NCBI GenBank assembly: GCA_963663165.1
Contig: OY760175.1
Location: 6,112,001-6,176,000 of the forward strand
Source of the DNA: an uncultured Desulfospira sp.
GTDB taxonomy: Bacteria > Desulfobacterota > Desulfobacteria > Desulfobacterales > Desulfobacteraceae
Reading direction: 5' to 3'
DNA length: 64,000 nucleotides
The translations under genes were made by a program, and so were the position numbers. Positions 1 to 9,466 of the stretch are shown in pieces; the first letter of the stretch is position 1; every line of letters starts with the position of its first letter. The notes under the pieces are model-generated. The model had not been told where the DNA came from. It worked only from the letters and a program-made list of their open reading frames with translations, and did not search any database.

Positions 1-2
1 TA

Positions 3-3000
3 GAGATCGCTGAACCCGATTATATCATTACCATTGACGCTGTGCCCGATGACACCGAGTTTGAACAGCTCTGGGCCCTGGAAAATACCGGCCAGGAAGT
101 GGACGAAGAAACCGGCACCGCCGGGGCCGACATTTCAGCCCCGGCGGCCTGGGACCGGTTAAGCGATTCCGACGCAACGGTCATTGTGGCGGTCATCGAT
201 ACCGGCGTGGATTATACCCACGAAGAGATTGCCGCCAATATGTGGACCAATGATGCCGAACTCAACGGCACCGCCGGTGTGGATGACGACGACAACGGGT
301 ACGTGGATGACATCTACGGCATCGACACCTGTAACGGCGACGGCGACCCCTATGACGACCACTACCACGGCACCCACGTGGCCGGCACCATTGCCGCCGT
401 CACAGACAACGGGACCGGCATTGCCGGCATCACCTGGAACCGGGCCAAGGTCATGGCCCTGAAATTCCTGTCCGCCAGCGGTTCCGGGGCCACCTCTGCA
501 GCTGTTGAATGTATTGAATACCTGCTGGAAATGAATGACAGAGAAGAAAACAACATTGTGGTCATGAATGCGTCCTGGGGCAGTGATTCCCCCAGCGACA
601 CCCTCAAGGCGGTTCTGGAAACCGCAGCGGACGCCGGCATCATCCTTGCGGCCGCGTCCGGAAATGATACCAGGGATTGCGACGGAGAGCAGAAACATTA
701 CCCCAGTTCCCTGGATGTGGCCAATATCATCTCCGTGGCCGCCACCAATCAGAACGACCGTCTGGCCTATTTTTCCAGCTACGGGGCCTCTGAGGTGGAC
801 ATTGCGGCCCCGGGCACCAACATCTTAAGCGCCATCCCCGGCGGGGGGTATACCGCCGTTTCCACGGACCCGTTCTACGACGGCATGGAAGACGGTGACG
901 GCCTCTGGGATATGGACGCCAGCACCGGCCAGTGGGCCATCAGCGACGAGAAGGTGTTTGATGATACTTATGCCTGGAGCGACAGCCCCGGAGGCGATTA
1001 TGAGTACGGCGAGATGGGGGTGGAAAAAAACTGGTGCCTGGTGAGCAAACCCATTGACCTGTCGGCCGAAGCGGACAAGAACCTCATGCTTGGCTTTGTC
1101 CTTTATAAGGACCTGCTCCCCGACAGCACGGCCTGCGGGAAAAAAGACACTTTTTATGTGGAAGTCTCCGGCGATGACGGGGACACCTGGACCACCCTGG
1201 CCGGCCACAGCGGATCAGACCCGGACTGGAAAACCTACTCCTATGCCATCCCGGCAGACCTGGTTACCGAAACCTTCCGGATCCGTTTCCGCTTGGACAT
1301 CTGGCCCAACGGATCTGCCGACGGCATCTACCTGGATGAAGTCGGCATTGGTGAGGCCAATGCCATGGGCGCGTTTAAATTTGCCAACGGCACCTCCATG
1401 GCAACCCCCCATATCAGCGGCGCCATTGCCCTGATGGCCGCTCTTTTCCCTGACGAGGGCATGGATGAACGGATCAGCCGTCTGCTGAACAGCAGTGACC
1501 GGCTGGACATCCTGAAAGGAAACCTGGCCAGTGACGGGCGGCTAAATCTGGATGCGGCTCTGGACCCGGATCTGCCGCTCAGCCCCGTGGTCAAAACCTT
1601 TGAGCTGACCGGCGACCGCACGATATCCATTGAAGGCCGCTTTTTCGGCGACGAGTCCGGCCGGATCATGTTTCACGATGCGTCTGACCCGGACAACGGC
1701 CTGGACGGCCAGGTCACCGCCTGGAGCGATACGGCCGTTACCGTGGAAAAACCGGCTTATTCCGGCGGGTATTTTTACGTGATCGACAGTGACGGCAACC
1801 GTTCCGGCCGCCGCCCCATGAAGGTGAGCCTGTGGGGTGATAAAAACGAGGCTCAGAACAAAAGGGATTCGGGCACGGCCTGCCTGGTGGACGGAAAAAT
1901 CTACAGTTTCGGCGGATTTGCCGGGGGCAACAATGCCCTGCGCAGCTGGGAGGTGTATACCCCTCAGACCGATACCTGGGAATACCCTTACGGCAACTGG
2001 ATGCTCAAAAACCGGGCCCACCTGACCTCAACGGTACTGGACGGCAAAATCTACATCATTGGCGGCTATACCACTGTGGGGGACGGCGGGAACGTGGACC
2101 TGGTCAGCGTGTTCGATGCTCAAGAAAGAAGCTTTACCCAGGTTGAGAGCCTGCCCGAGGCCATCTGTCTTGCCTGGGCGGTGACGGCCAATGACAAAAT
2201 TTACCTGACCGGCGGCATAGATGATGATGACAATGCCCTTGCCACCATCTACACCTTTGACCCCGATGCCGGCGAGGGCACCAAATGGCAGGCCCTGTCA
2301 ACGGCCATGACCACGCCGCGTTTTGCCCATGGTGCCGTGGCCCTGGAAGATAAAATTTATATCTTCGGCGGCCTGGAAGACTGGGAGGATGAGGAGGTCT
2401 ACCTGTCCACCGGTGAAATCCTTGACCTGTCCACAGGGACCGTGAGCGCCATGGCCGACATGCCCATTGCCTTAGCCCGGTTTGGCGTGGCCTGCGACGG
2501 CCGGTATATCTATGCGGTAGGGGGGACCAACAACGATTTCTGGTATACCCCCAAAGATGTGGTGCTGCGCTATGACACAAAGACCGATACCTGGTCCTCG
2601 CTGCCGGACCGCCAGCTTACCCAGGGCAAGCTGGCCGCCCCGGCCGTCTTTATTGAGGACCTCGGGTTGTTCAGCATCACCGGCGGCATCAACGCCACAG
2701 CCACGGGCACCAGCATTTCCAGCTCCAGCTTTGCCGCCACCAAGGCGGTCTCTTTCCTGGATGTATGGGCCGTCACCGACGATGACGCGGACCTGATCCC
2801 GGATACGGACGACAACTGCCGGCAGACCGCCAATGCGGCCCAGCTGGATACGGATGAGGACGGCTACGGCAATGCCTGCGACTGCGATCTGGACAATGAC
2901 GGCCGGGTTAACCGCAGCGATTATATCATCTTCCGGACCTACTATAACTCGAATGAGGCCCTGGCCGATTTCAACGGCGACGGCAGTGTCAACCGCTCAG

Positions 3001-3050
3001 ATTATATGATCCTTCGCAGCCGCTGGAATACATCGGCACCGTTTGAATAA
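3..3050 (+). CDS. Multidomain S8 subtilisin-like serine protease (5' end outside the window): catalytic domain with a large insertion, IPT/TIG-like segment, Kelch repeats, thrombospondin type-3-like repeats and a dockerin-like C-terminus
   Basis: Triad motifs VIDTG, HGTHVAG and GTSMATP, plus AASGN. Kelch repeats (GKIYSFGG, GKIYIIGG, KIYLTGG, KIYIFGG, YIYAVGG). DADLIPDTDDNC/DTDEDGYGNACD, and a duplicated DxNxDGxVNRSDY. The frame is open back to nt 3 (EIAEPDYIITIDAVPDD), so the true start is upstream. Confidence 0.9.
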   Translation, partial: EIAEPDYIITIDAVPDDTEFEQLWALENTGQEVDEETGTAGADISAPAAWDRLSDSDATVIVAVIDTGVDYTHEEIAANMWTNDAELNGTAGVDDDDNGYVDDIYGIDTCNGDGDPYDDHYHGTHVAGTIAAVTDNGTGIAGITWNRAKVMALKFLSASGSGATSAAVECIEYLLEMNDREENNIVVMNASWGSDSPSDTLKAVLETAADAGIILAAASGNDTRDCDGEQKHYPSSLDVANIISVAATNQNDRLAYFSSYGASEVDIAAPGTNILSAIPGGGYTAVSTDPFYDGMEDGDGLWDMDASTGQWAISDEKVFDDTYAWSDSPGGDYEYGEMGVEKNWCLVSKPIDLSAEADKNLMLGFVLYKDLLPDSTACGKKDTFYVEVSGDDGDTWTTLAGHSGSDPDWKTYSYAIPADLVTETFRIRFRLDIWPNGSADGIYLDEVGIGEANAMGAFKFANGTSMATPHISGAIALMAALFPDEGMDERISRLLNSSDRLDILKGNLASDGRLNLDAALDPDLPLSPVVKTFELTGDRTISIEGRFFGDESGRIMFHDASDPDNGLDGQVTAWSDTAVTVEKPAYSGGYFYVIDSDGNRSGRRPMKVSLWGDKNEAQNKRDSGTACLVDGKIYSFGGFAGGNNALRSWEVYTPQTDTWEYPYGNWMLKNRAHLTSTVLDGKIYIIGGYTTVGDGGNVDLVSVFDAQERSFTQVESLPEAICLAWAVTANDKIYLTGGIDDDDNALATIYTFDPDAGEGTKWQALSTAMTTPRFAHGAVALEDKIYIFGGLEDWEDEEVYLSTGEILDLSTGTVSAMADMPIALARFGVACDGRYIYAVGGTNNDFWYTPKDVVLRYDTKTDTWSSLPDRQLTQGKLAAPAVFIEDLGLFSITGGINATATGTSISSSSFAATKAVSFLDVWAVTDDDADLIPDTDDNCRQTANAAQLDTDEDGYGNACDCDLDNDGRVNRSDYIIFRTYYNSNEALADFNGDGSVNRSDYMILRSRWNTSAPFE

Positions 3051-3079
3051 CGGCCACGGGCCGTCTTGGTTATCCAACC
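3048..3079. repeat. REP-like family A (TAACGGCCACGGGCCGYCTTGGTT...), copy 1
   Basis: Related copies at ~23108-23142 and ~35737-35771 (inverted), a full palindromic pair at 51668-51719, and variants with an inserted segment at 31546-31583 and 33442-33493. Confidence 0.8.
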
Positions 3080-3114
3080 GGGCACCGGTCCACAACCCCT
3101 TCCAAAAAACAGCG

Positions 3115-3152
3115 GGCCGGACACCCTTGGCGGTGTCCGGCCTGGTTTTTTT
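3115..3152 (+). terminator. Rho-independent terminator downstream of the S8 protease gene
   Basis: 11-bp stem GGCCGGACACC/GGTGTCCGGCC followed by TGG and a T-run. Confidence 0.7.
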
Positions 3153-3180
3153 ATTGTACAGCACAAAAATAGAGGTGCCA

Positions 3181-3271
3181 GGAAACAAGAAACTGGAAAC
3201 AAGAAACAAGAAACAGGAAACAAAAAACTGGAAACAAGAAACAGGAAACAAGAAACTGGAAACAAGAAAGG
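3181..3271 (+). repeat. Heptamer tandem array (RGAAACW)n, about 13 units
   Basis: ggaaaca agaaact ggaaaca agaaaca agaaaca ggaaaca aaaaact ... read directly from the sequence. Confidence 0.9.
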
Positions 3272-3431
3272 AGTCGAAGCCCCTCTGTGGTGTTTGGCGA
3301 AATCCAAACCTCTGTGCCCTCGGTGATTTAAAAATATGAAATCCCAAAGGGATTGAAAGGTTCTTCTTTAGCCTTTCGGTTTTTATAAATTGTGGGCTTC
3401 GCCCACGCTTTAAATTTAACCACAGAGGGGC

Positions 3432-3497
3432 ACAGAGCGGCAAAGCCGCAACCAAAAGATGTGTTTTTTGCTGGTAAATTTAATGTATAAAATGGGG
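3432..3497 (+). repeat. ~65-bp dispersed repeat (GCGGCAAAGCCGCAACCAAAA...AAATTTAATGTA), second copy at ~51523-51588
   Basis: Near-identical sequence at both loci. Confidence 0.75.
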
Positions 3498-3565
3498 ACT
3501 TGGGATATGGGACTTGGGTAGGCCGTGGATACTGCAATCCCCAAGTCCCATATCCCAAGTCCCAA
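3493..3565. repeat. Palindromic heptamer cassette (GGGACTT/GGGATAT ... ATATCCC/AAGTCCC), second copy at ~5860-5944
   Basis: Inverted heptamer arrays flank the same spacer GGCCGTGGATACNGCAAT in both copies. Confidence 0.85.
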
Positions 3566-3681
3566 GGTTGGAGCGATAGATGTCGGATGCCGGGTTCCTT
3601 TGGAGGGCTCATCCGGTCTCCTTCTTCCGGTTTCCGGTCTCCCTATGTTTTATTTCTCCCAGGATAATCTTAATAAAATTT

Positions 3682-3833
3682 GTAACTATTCAGCTAATGC
3701 TGAAAACTATGCAAAACCAGGGTCCGTAACTGTTCATCAGTGCTTCATATTTGTTTAGTCAGGACTTCGTAGCATACTTTTGCTATGTGAGAAGGCCTGA
3801 ATGAGCGAAGATGGGGCACTGCCGAATAGTTGC
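3682..3833. mobile_element. MITE family 1, copy 1 (152 bp)
   Basis: TIR GTAACTATTCAGC / GCCGAATAGTTGC. 8-bp TSD TAAAATTT at 3674-3681 and 3834-3841. Near-identical copies occur elsewhere in the window. Confidence 0.9.
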
Positions 3834-4090
3834 TAAAATTTTAAGCTTTTGGAGCTGAGTAGCACAGAGTTTCAGTCGGAGGCGGGTGGGCAAAAGCGCA
3901 GCGTTGCCCACCATTGGGCGTATAGCATATAGTTTTTTAAGGATAAATTAAATGGTTTTACGGCAACCGGTGGGCACAAAAAGCGTGCCACCGACTACCG
4001 ACTGGTGATGTCGATTTCGATGATAATGACAATGTATAAAAGGTAGACCGAATACGGCAAGTTCCCTGACAACCGGCTTTGTTTTATGGC

Positions 4091-5731
4091 TCAGCTTTTT
4101 GCCCAGGTGGCCGAAAGGGTGTCGGTGATAAACCGGTCTGAAATGCACAGGGCTGAAAAAGAAAATAAAAATTCAATGAGTTCCGGCACGGATATGGGCT
4201 GGTTAAACCCCCCTAAGTGGGGACCGGTGAGCAGCAGGATTTCCTCTTTTCCCCGGGTATACGGGCTGGTATCTTCAATTCCCCGCTCCTTGAGAAACAG
4301 GGAAAAGGCGTCATCGTCCATGTTTTCCTGGTCTTCTATCCGGAGCCGCTCTGCCATGTGTTCATCTATGCCCATCTGCTCAATCAGCCGGCGGACCAGG
4401 TGGTCCACGGGCAGTTCCAGGGAGGGGGGGCGGCCGGTCAGGGCATGGTGAAAAGCTCTGGCCGTTTCCCGGATCAGCCCGGCAAAAAGGCCGGGATCAA
4501 AAAGGTGCCTGGCATCAACGGGTTTTCCCTGGCTGTCCAGCCCCCGCAGGGAAGGCGCTTTGTTCCGGAACCAGGAGCCTGCCACAAGGATCAGGCTTAA
4601 GATGTACTCCCCAATGGTGTGGGCCAGCTGCCGGCTGTTCTCCAAAACCGTCAGATGTTCAAAATCCCTGACCCCTGAGGTGCTGAAGTTGGGGTACTCG
4701 CAGGATTCAAGCCACTGGTCCAGCCGTCCGGCATGCTCCCACAGGTAGACCCCCTGATCCTGGCGCCGGTCCTGCTGGACCCGGTTGTGGAACAAGGGGA
4801 TAAGGGCCGTATGGATGATGCCCATCCGGCCTAACCGGCCCAGGATGCCGGCGGTTTGGGAGAATATTTGTCGGATTTCTTCCGGGTCTTTTAAATCCTT
4901 GGGGTCGTTGGGATAGTCAAAATAGGCCTCATGGACAGTGTAGGCAATGGCCATGGGCAATACGGATTTATTTTTTAAAAGGTCCTTTGGGATCTGGTCA
5001 ATCTCAAGGAGGCGGCGTTGCTGGATCAGCACCGGTTCGGGCAAAAGAAAACGGGTTTCAGGGCAGGGGGTATGTTCTGAAAACCAGGTCATCCAACGGC
5101 TTTCGCCGGCCAACTGCGGAACATTTTCCATAGAATTGGCAAATTTAATAACGCCCACAAGGTTGGTGCCGGCCATGGGGCAGACAATGCTCCGGCCTTT
5201 GGGGTTCAGGCGGCCCGGCCTGGCCCCGGTGATCCGTGAAAATTGAGACAAAACCTCATCAAAGGGTATGGCCACCGTTTTCTGGACAGGGATATCCGGG
5301 ATGTCCGGCATATTCAGCCGGATGGGAAGGTGGCTTAAACTCTCCGAGGCCGCCCGGTTCCGTTTCCCGGTTGAACCGATCATGATTTGCTGGATCCGGG
5401 GAATGATCTCCTGGCACAGGGCCTGGTCCGGGACATTTAAAACCATACTGACCAGGGCTTCAAATGCCTTCCGGTAAAGAAAAAGAATCTGCTTCTGGGT
5501 TTCAAACCGGTCGGATTCGACAAGGACAAAAAGGGCGGTACAGGTTTGCCGGGTAATGGTTTCCGGGACGGTTTCGATCTGGTCGGCTATATATTGAATG
5601 CCCATATAGGCACCGGAAAAATCAAGGGCCTGCTCGAGCATCTGCCGTTCGGTCCTTATCCGGCTCCCAGGACCGGCTTTATGGGGGGCTTCCTGAAGGG
5701 GGGACAGGGTTTTTTCAAGTTGGGCATTCAT
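4091..5731 (-). CDS. SidJ-related pseudokinase (putative protein glutamylase-like)
   Basis: Motifs GRS...GVIKF, HTALIPLFHNR...R..QGVYLW..GRLDQW....YPNF..SGVRDFEH and GPHLGGFN resemble the kinase-like core of Legionella SidJ. Confidence 0.8.
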   Translation of the reverse strand: MNAQLEKTLSPLQEAPHKAGPGSRIRTERQMLEQALDFSGAYMGIQYIADQIETVPETITRQTCTALFVLVESDRFETQKQILFLYRKAFEALVSMVLNVPDQALCQEIIPRIQQIMIGSTGKRNRAASESLSHLPIRLNMPDIPDIPVQKTVAIPFDEVLSQFSRITGARPGRLNPKGRSIVCPMAGTNLVGVIKFANSMENVPQLAGESRWMTWFSEHTPCPETRFLLPEPVLIQQRRLLEIDQIPKDLLKNKSVLPMAIAYTVHEAYFDYPNDPKDLKDPEEIRQIFSQTAGILGRLGRMGIIHTALIPLFHNRVQQDRRQDQGVYLWEHAGRLDQWLESCEYPNFSTSGVRDFEHLTVLENSRQLAHTIGEYILSLILVAGSWFRNKAPSLRGLDSQGKPVDARHLFDPGLFAGLIRETARAFHHALTGRPPSLELPVDHLVRRLIEQMGIDEHMAERLRIEDQENMDDDAFSLFLKERGIEDTSPYTRGKEEILLLTGPHLGGFNQPISVPELIEFLFSFSALCISDRFITDTLSATWAKS

Positions 5732-6138
5732 ACTGTCGTGTCCATATATAAAGGAACCCCAAGTTTGTAAAGGGGTTTTTATAAAGGAGACAGGGGGATC
5801 TCATGTAACTTGCCTTCCGGTGATGTGAATTTTGATGATAAGGATAATAATGTATAAAATGGGGACTTGGGATATGGGATATGGGACTTGGGGAGGCCGT
5901 GGATACGGCAATCCCCAAGTCCCATATCCCATATCCCAAGTCCAATTTTTTGAAGTTATGTTGCGAGCGGTCCTGAAGCCTTGATTGACGGTGGTTTGGG
6001 CGCCGTAATGCCGTAAGTCAAAATCGTTCAAATAAACAGTGGGTTATCAAGGGTATGACAAATTTGCAACAAATCACTAAACATAATAAACAGCTACAGT
6101 TTGCCCTGAGGAGTGCTGGTGATGAAGTCTGTAAGGAT

Positions 6139-7158
6139 CTATAGACTATCCAGCCACTCAAGAACGTTTTGCTTGTTTTCCCACTGGATCAACTCCTCAA
6201 TCTTCGGATCAGATTTCAGGTGCTGTTTGGTGAACTGGATGAAGTTCTCTTGTAAATGTCGCTTCTGGCCTAGATCAAGCTTTAAGTAAACCATTGTGGA
6301 TTTGACATTAGAATGCCCCAAGCGATTCTTAATTTCAGATAAAGGCCGATCCTCTGAGAGCATTCGAACGGCACACGAATGACGGAAGCTATGGACGGGG
6401 TGCATGGTCGCTGTCCGCTTTGCCGGTAAAGCCTGTTCAAGGTAGTTTTTACAGATCCGGTTGATACCGTGGCGGGTCAAGCTTGTTCCTCTTTGGTTGA
6501 TGAACAGCCTTTTTTTAAACGGATGGATTGGCGTATTGCGATGTTCTTCAATATACTGATGCATAAGCTCTACTGTTTTCCCAAGCAACTGAACTTGTCG
6601 ATATCGGTTACCCTTCCCAAGAATCGCCAGAGTTTGATTTTCATAATCAAAATAATCCATCTCAAGGGTAGCGATTTCCGTTGCCCTGGCACCGGTATCA
6701 TATAATAGATACAGAAGGGTATAATCTCGGAACCCGTCCTTTCTTTTAAGTTGGACCGCATTAAGGATTTGATTGATCTCCTGGGGATACAAAAATCCGA
6801 TCAACTTGTGTTGGCTTCGTTTCCGGGGAATATCAAGGATCGCATTGGTCAGTTTTTGTTGCTCGGGATAAATAAAACGGATCATTTTGGCAAAAGACTT
6901 TAAAACGGCCAGGCGCTGGTTCCGGGTTTTAGCCGTGTTGGACCGTTTGGATTCAAGCTCATTGAGAAACTGCAAAATTAATTCTACCGTGATATGTTCC
7001 AGATTGAGCGAACTGACCTTTACGCTGTGGTACTCGGCAGCAAACGGTAAAAAAAAGCGCATGGTATCCCGGTAACTTTTGATCGTATTGGGGCGGCACC
7101 CTTTGACATAAGGCAGGTATTGGTCAAAAAATTGAACAACGCAACGGGTCAGGTTCAT
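6139..7158 (-). CDS. Tyrosine recombinase, RIT subunit C-like
   Basis: TGARATE, GKGNRYR, HSFRHSCA, LGHSNVKSTMVY. The C-terminal LEWLDSL is typical of RIT C. Confidence 0.92.
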   Translation of the reverse strand: MNLTRCVVQFFDQYLPYVKGCRPNTIKSYRDTMRFFLPFAAEYHSVKVSSLNLEHITVELILQFLNELESKRSNTAKTRNQRLAVLKSFAKMIRFIYPEQQKLTNAILDIPRKRSQHKLIGFLYPQEINQILNAVQLKRKDGFRDYTLLYLLYDTGARATEIATLEMDYFDYENQTLAILGKGNRYRQVQLLGKTVELMHQYIEEHRNTPIHPFKKRLFINQRGTSLTRHGINRICKNYLEQALPAKRTATMHPVHSFRHSCAVRMLSEDRPLSEIKNRLGHSNVKSTMVYLKLDLGQKRHLQENFIQFTKQHLKSDPKIEELIQWENKQNVLEWLDSL

Positions 7159-8129
7159 GATTCATCCCTTCTGCCGGTGGTAAATTTGAACAGGCTGTCG
7201 CGGCTTTCAGCATCAACTGCTTTCAAATATTCCATGGTGTATTTATACTCAACATGACCCATATAGCCGGCAAGCACCGGCAGCACATTCCGGGGTGATT
7301 GTTTCCGGGCAATGGCTGCCTTCAAGGTGTTAATGGCAAAAGAGTGCCGTAAACAGTGCGGAGTGGGCTTCCCAAAGGTCGTGTCGCCGATAATTTTCCT
7401 TGGGCGGCGGATCCCGATTTGACGCACAGCATCGTGAAAAACAGAGCGAATACGGTTATCGTTCAAGCCGTTTTCCCCTATCCCCATGAACAGGTAGGGA
7501 TTCATATCGTTTTCAATTAAAGCGGCCCTGGTTAAAAGATAGTTGTCAATCTGCATGGCAGTTGATTTTGGAATAGGGATAAGACGGTCCTTTTTGAACT
7601 TGGTTTTCTCTATGTAAATCGTCTTTTCATCCGGCCGGTAATTTTTCAATCTCAGGCGCAAGGGTTCATTCATCCTCAGCCCACAGCGGGCAAGCAGAAG
7701 GATCACCAGATATTCACTGTAATCTTTAAGGAACCGCATAGGGGTTTGCCGGATCCGTCCGCATACCACCCCCAGTAACATTTCTACCTGCTCCGGTGAG
7801 AATATAAAGGGGATGAAGGTGCGTCGGGCCGGAGCGGTCACATCTTTCAAAGGGTTATCAAGATTTATCCGCTGCCGTTTCAGATAATCAAAAAAGCCTC
7901 GAACTACATTTAGAATGCTGGCTACGCCGGAGGGCTCAAGGCCAATCTCATTTTTAAAGGTGATATAAAAATGGGGCATCCAAATGTCTGAGAGATCCGG
8001 CTGCCTCATTAAAAAATCGTCAAAGGTAAGCAAGGCCCACCGGAGCATATGGCAACTGTATCCCAGTCCTTGCCGGTAAACAATAAAGTTTTCCATCTCT
8101 GTGGCCAAAAAGCTTTTAAACGGTTTCAT
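7155..8129 (-). CDS. Tyrosine recombinase, RIT subunit B-like
   Basis: CGLRMNEP, KTKFKKDRLIP, HCLRHSFA, LAGYMGH...TMEYL. Confidence 0.92.
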   Translation of the reverse strand: MKPFKSFLATEMENFIVYRQGLGYSCHMLRWALLTFDDFLMRQPDLSDIWMPHFYITFKNEIGLEPSGVASILNVVRGFFDYLKRQRINLDNPLKDVTAPARRTFIPFIFSPEQVEMLLGVVCGRIRQTPMRFLKDYSEYLVILLLARCGLRMNEPLRLRLKNYRPDEKTIYIEKTKFKKDRLIPIPKSTAMQIDNYLLTRAALIENDMNPYLFMGIGENGLNDNRIRSVFHDAVRQIGIRRPRKIIGDTTFGKPTPHCLRHSFAINTLKAAIARKQSPRNVLPVLAGYMGHVEYKYTMEYLKAVDAESRDSLFKFTTGRRDES

Positions 8130-9033
8130 CGAACAACACCCGGCGCATCAATTCCTTGTGGATACTTAGATATACTTTTGTGGAATCAATGATGGAATGC
8201 CCCATCATTTCTTTGATTTCAAAAATGCCGGCACCTGCTTCCAGCATGTTTTGTGCAAAGGTGTGGCGCAGCCAATATCCTGTACCGGGAAGACCGGCAG
8301 CCCGCAACGCCTTTGTTAAATCGTGCCTGGTGAGCCAGGCACTTACAGCTCTGTAAGGTGGGCAATGGCTGGTTAAAAAAAGAGAGCGAGACTGACTTTT
8401 AGGCCTGCCTCCAACGATATAAGCGGTGATTGCTTTGATAACTTCATCGGGAATGGGCAATTGAAGGGGCTTTGCATTTTTTGTGTTTTCCAGGTTTAGC
8501 AGTCCTTTGGCAAAACAGATATCGTCCAGAGTAAGGCGGCTGATTTCAATGGGGCGCAATCCAAGATAATAAGCCAGGTGAACCTGTGCATAGACACGAA
8601 GCTCTTTGGATGTTGCACAGGGCAAATGATCAAATAACTGACGGACTTCACCGGGTCTTAAAAATTTAGGAGGCTTGACTTGAGCAAACATTGGCGGACC
8701 GGTCACAAGCGGGGCTAAATTCTGTTGGATCAAATGCCGTTCATTATACAGGTAGTGCAAAAAGCCTCGAAAACAGGAACGGTATACCCCCTGGGTACTC
8801 TTTGCATATGGGGCATTGAACCTTGCCAGAAAATCATCAACATGCCCTATGTTTATATTGACCAGTGAGACTCCCGATGTTTGCAGATAACTGTCAAACG
8901 CTTTGATAATTTTGGTCCTGCAACAGGTTTGAGAAGGAGAGCTTTCCTTGATTTTAAGCATATGGTCCAGATAATCCCGGCGGATCTGATCCAGATCATA
9001 ACCGGGCGGACTTTTGGGTGTCTGCTCAACCAT
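8116..9033 (-). CDS. Tyrosine recombinase, RIT subunit A-like
   Basis: GLRPIEI, YWLRHTFA, MGHSIIDSTKVY. Overlaps both neighbouring genes. Confidence 0.88.
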   Translation of the reverse strand: MVEQTPKSPPGYDLDQIRRDYLDHMLKIKESSPSQTCCRTKIIKAFDSYLQTSGVSLVNINIGHVDDFLARFNAPYAKSTQGVYRSCFRGFLHYLYNERHLIQQNLAPLVTGPPMFAQVKPPKFLRPGEVRQLFDHLPCATSKELRVYAQVHLAYYLGLRPIEISRLTLDDICFAKGLLNLENTKNAKPLQLPIPDEVIKAITAYIVGGRPKSQSRSLFLTSHCPPYRAVSAWLTRHDLTKALRAAGLPGTGYWLRHTFAQNMLEAGAGIFEIKEMMGHSIIDSTKVYLSIHKELMRRVLFDETV

Positions 9034-9466
9034 GATCGGCCTCCATAACCAGTTTGCTCAAAATTTTTCCAACTGATTCAGGTTGACGGCTGTTCAGGGA
9101 AGATTTTTTTTGTACAGCAGATTGTATAAGGTTGGCCGGTAAGGAAAGCACCTGGTAAATGGTGCCGTCAAAGGCAATCAGATCATTTTCCATCAATCCA
9201 TCCCGAGCTTCAATGTACTGGTCCAGTTGCATTTTTAGCAGGGTGCATATTTTATCATAACTGTAAAAACTTAATCCGTTGCGGTCACCGGCCAGAACCA
9301 GGAAAAAATACAATAACAACTCGTCCCGGCTTAATGCTCGCAAAAATCCACCCGTAAGAAACCGATGGGGGATAAAACTAAATCCTCCTTTGATACAACG
9401 CACCCTTGAAGGGTTCAGGATTTCTTTTTTTACCATGCCGCGCCTCCAGTTTTTACGTTTATCCAT
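9026..9466 (-). CDS. Small winged-helix-like accessory protein of the element
   Basis: RVRCIKGGFSFIPHRFL...LLYFFLVLAGDRNGLSFY...ICTLL...ARDGL.ENDLIAF, which resembles replication-initiator-type HTH proteins. Overlaps both adjacent genes. Confidence 0.7.
   Translation of the reverse strand: MDKRKNWRRGMVKKEILNPSRVRCIKGGFSFIPHRFLTGGFLRALSRDELLLYFFLVLAGDRNGLSFYSYDKICTLLKMQLDQYIEARDGLMENDLIAFDGTIYQVLSLPANLIQSAVQKKSSLNSRQPESVGKILSKLVMEADHG

Noticed and set aside
3181..3271. Possible CRISPR array
   Set aside because: These are contiguous 7-bp units without unique spacers, and there are no cas genes in the window.
2997..3758. Short ORFs such as (FLFPVSC)n and (KQETGN)n
   Set aside because: They are translations of heptamer arrays and other repeats, with no RBS or domain evidence.
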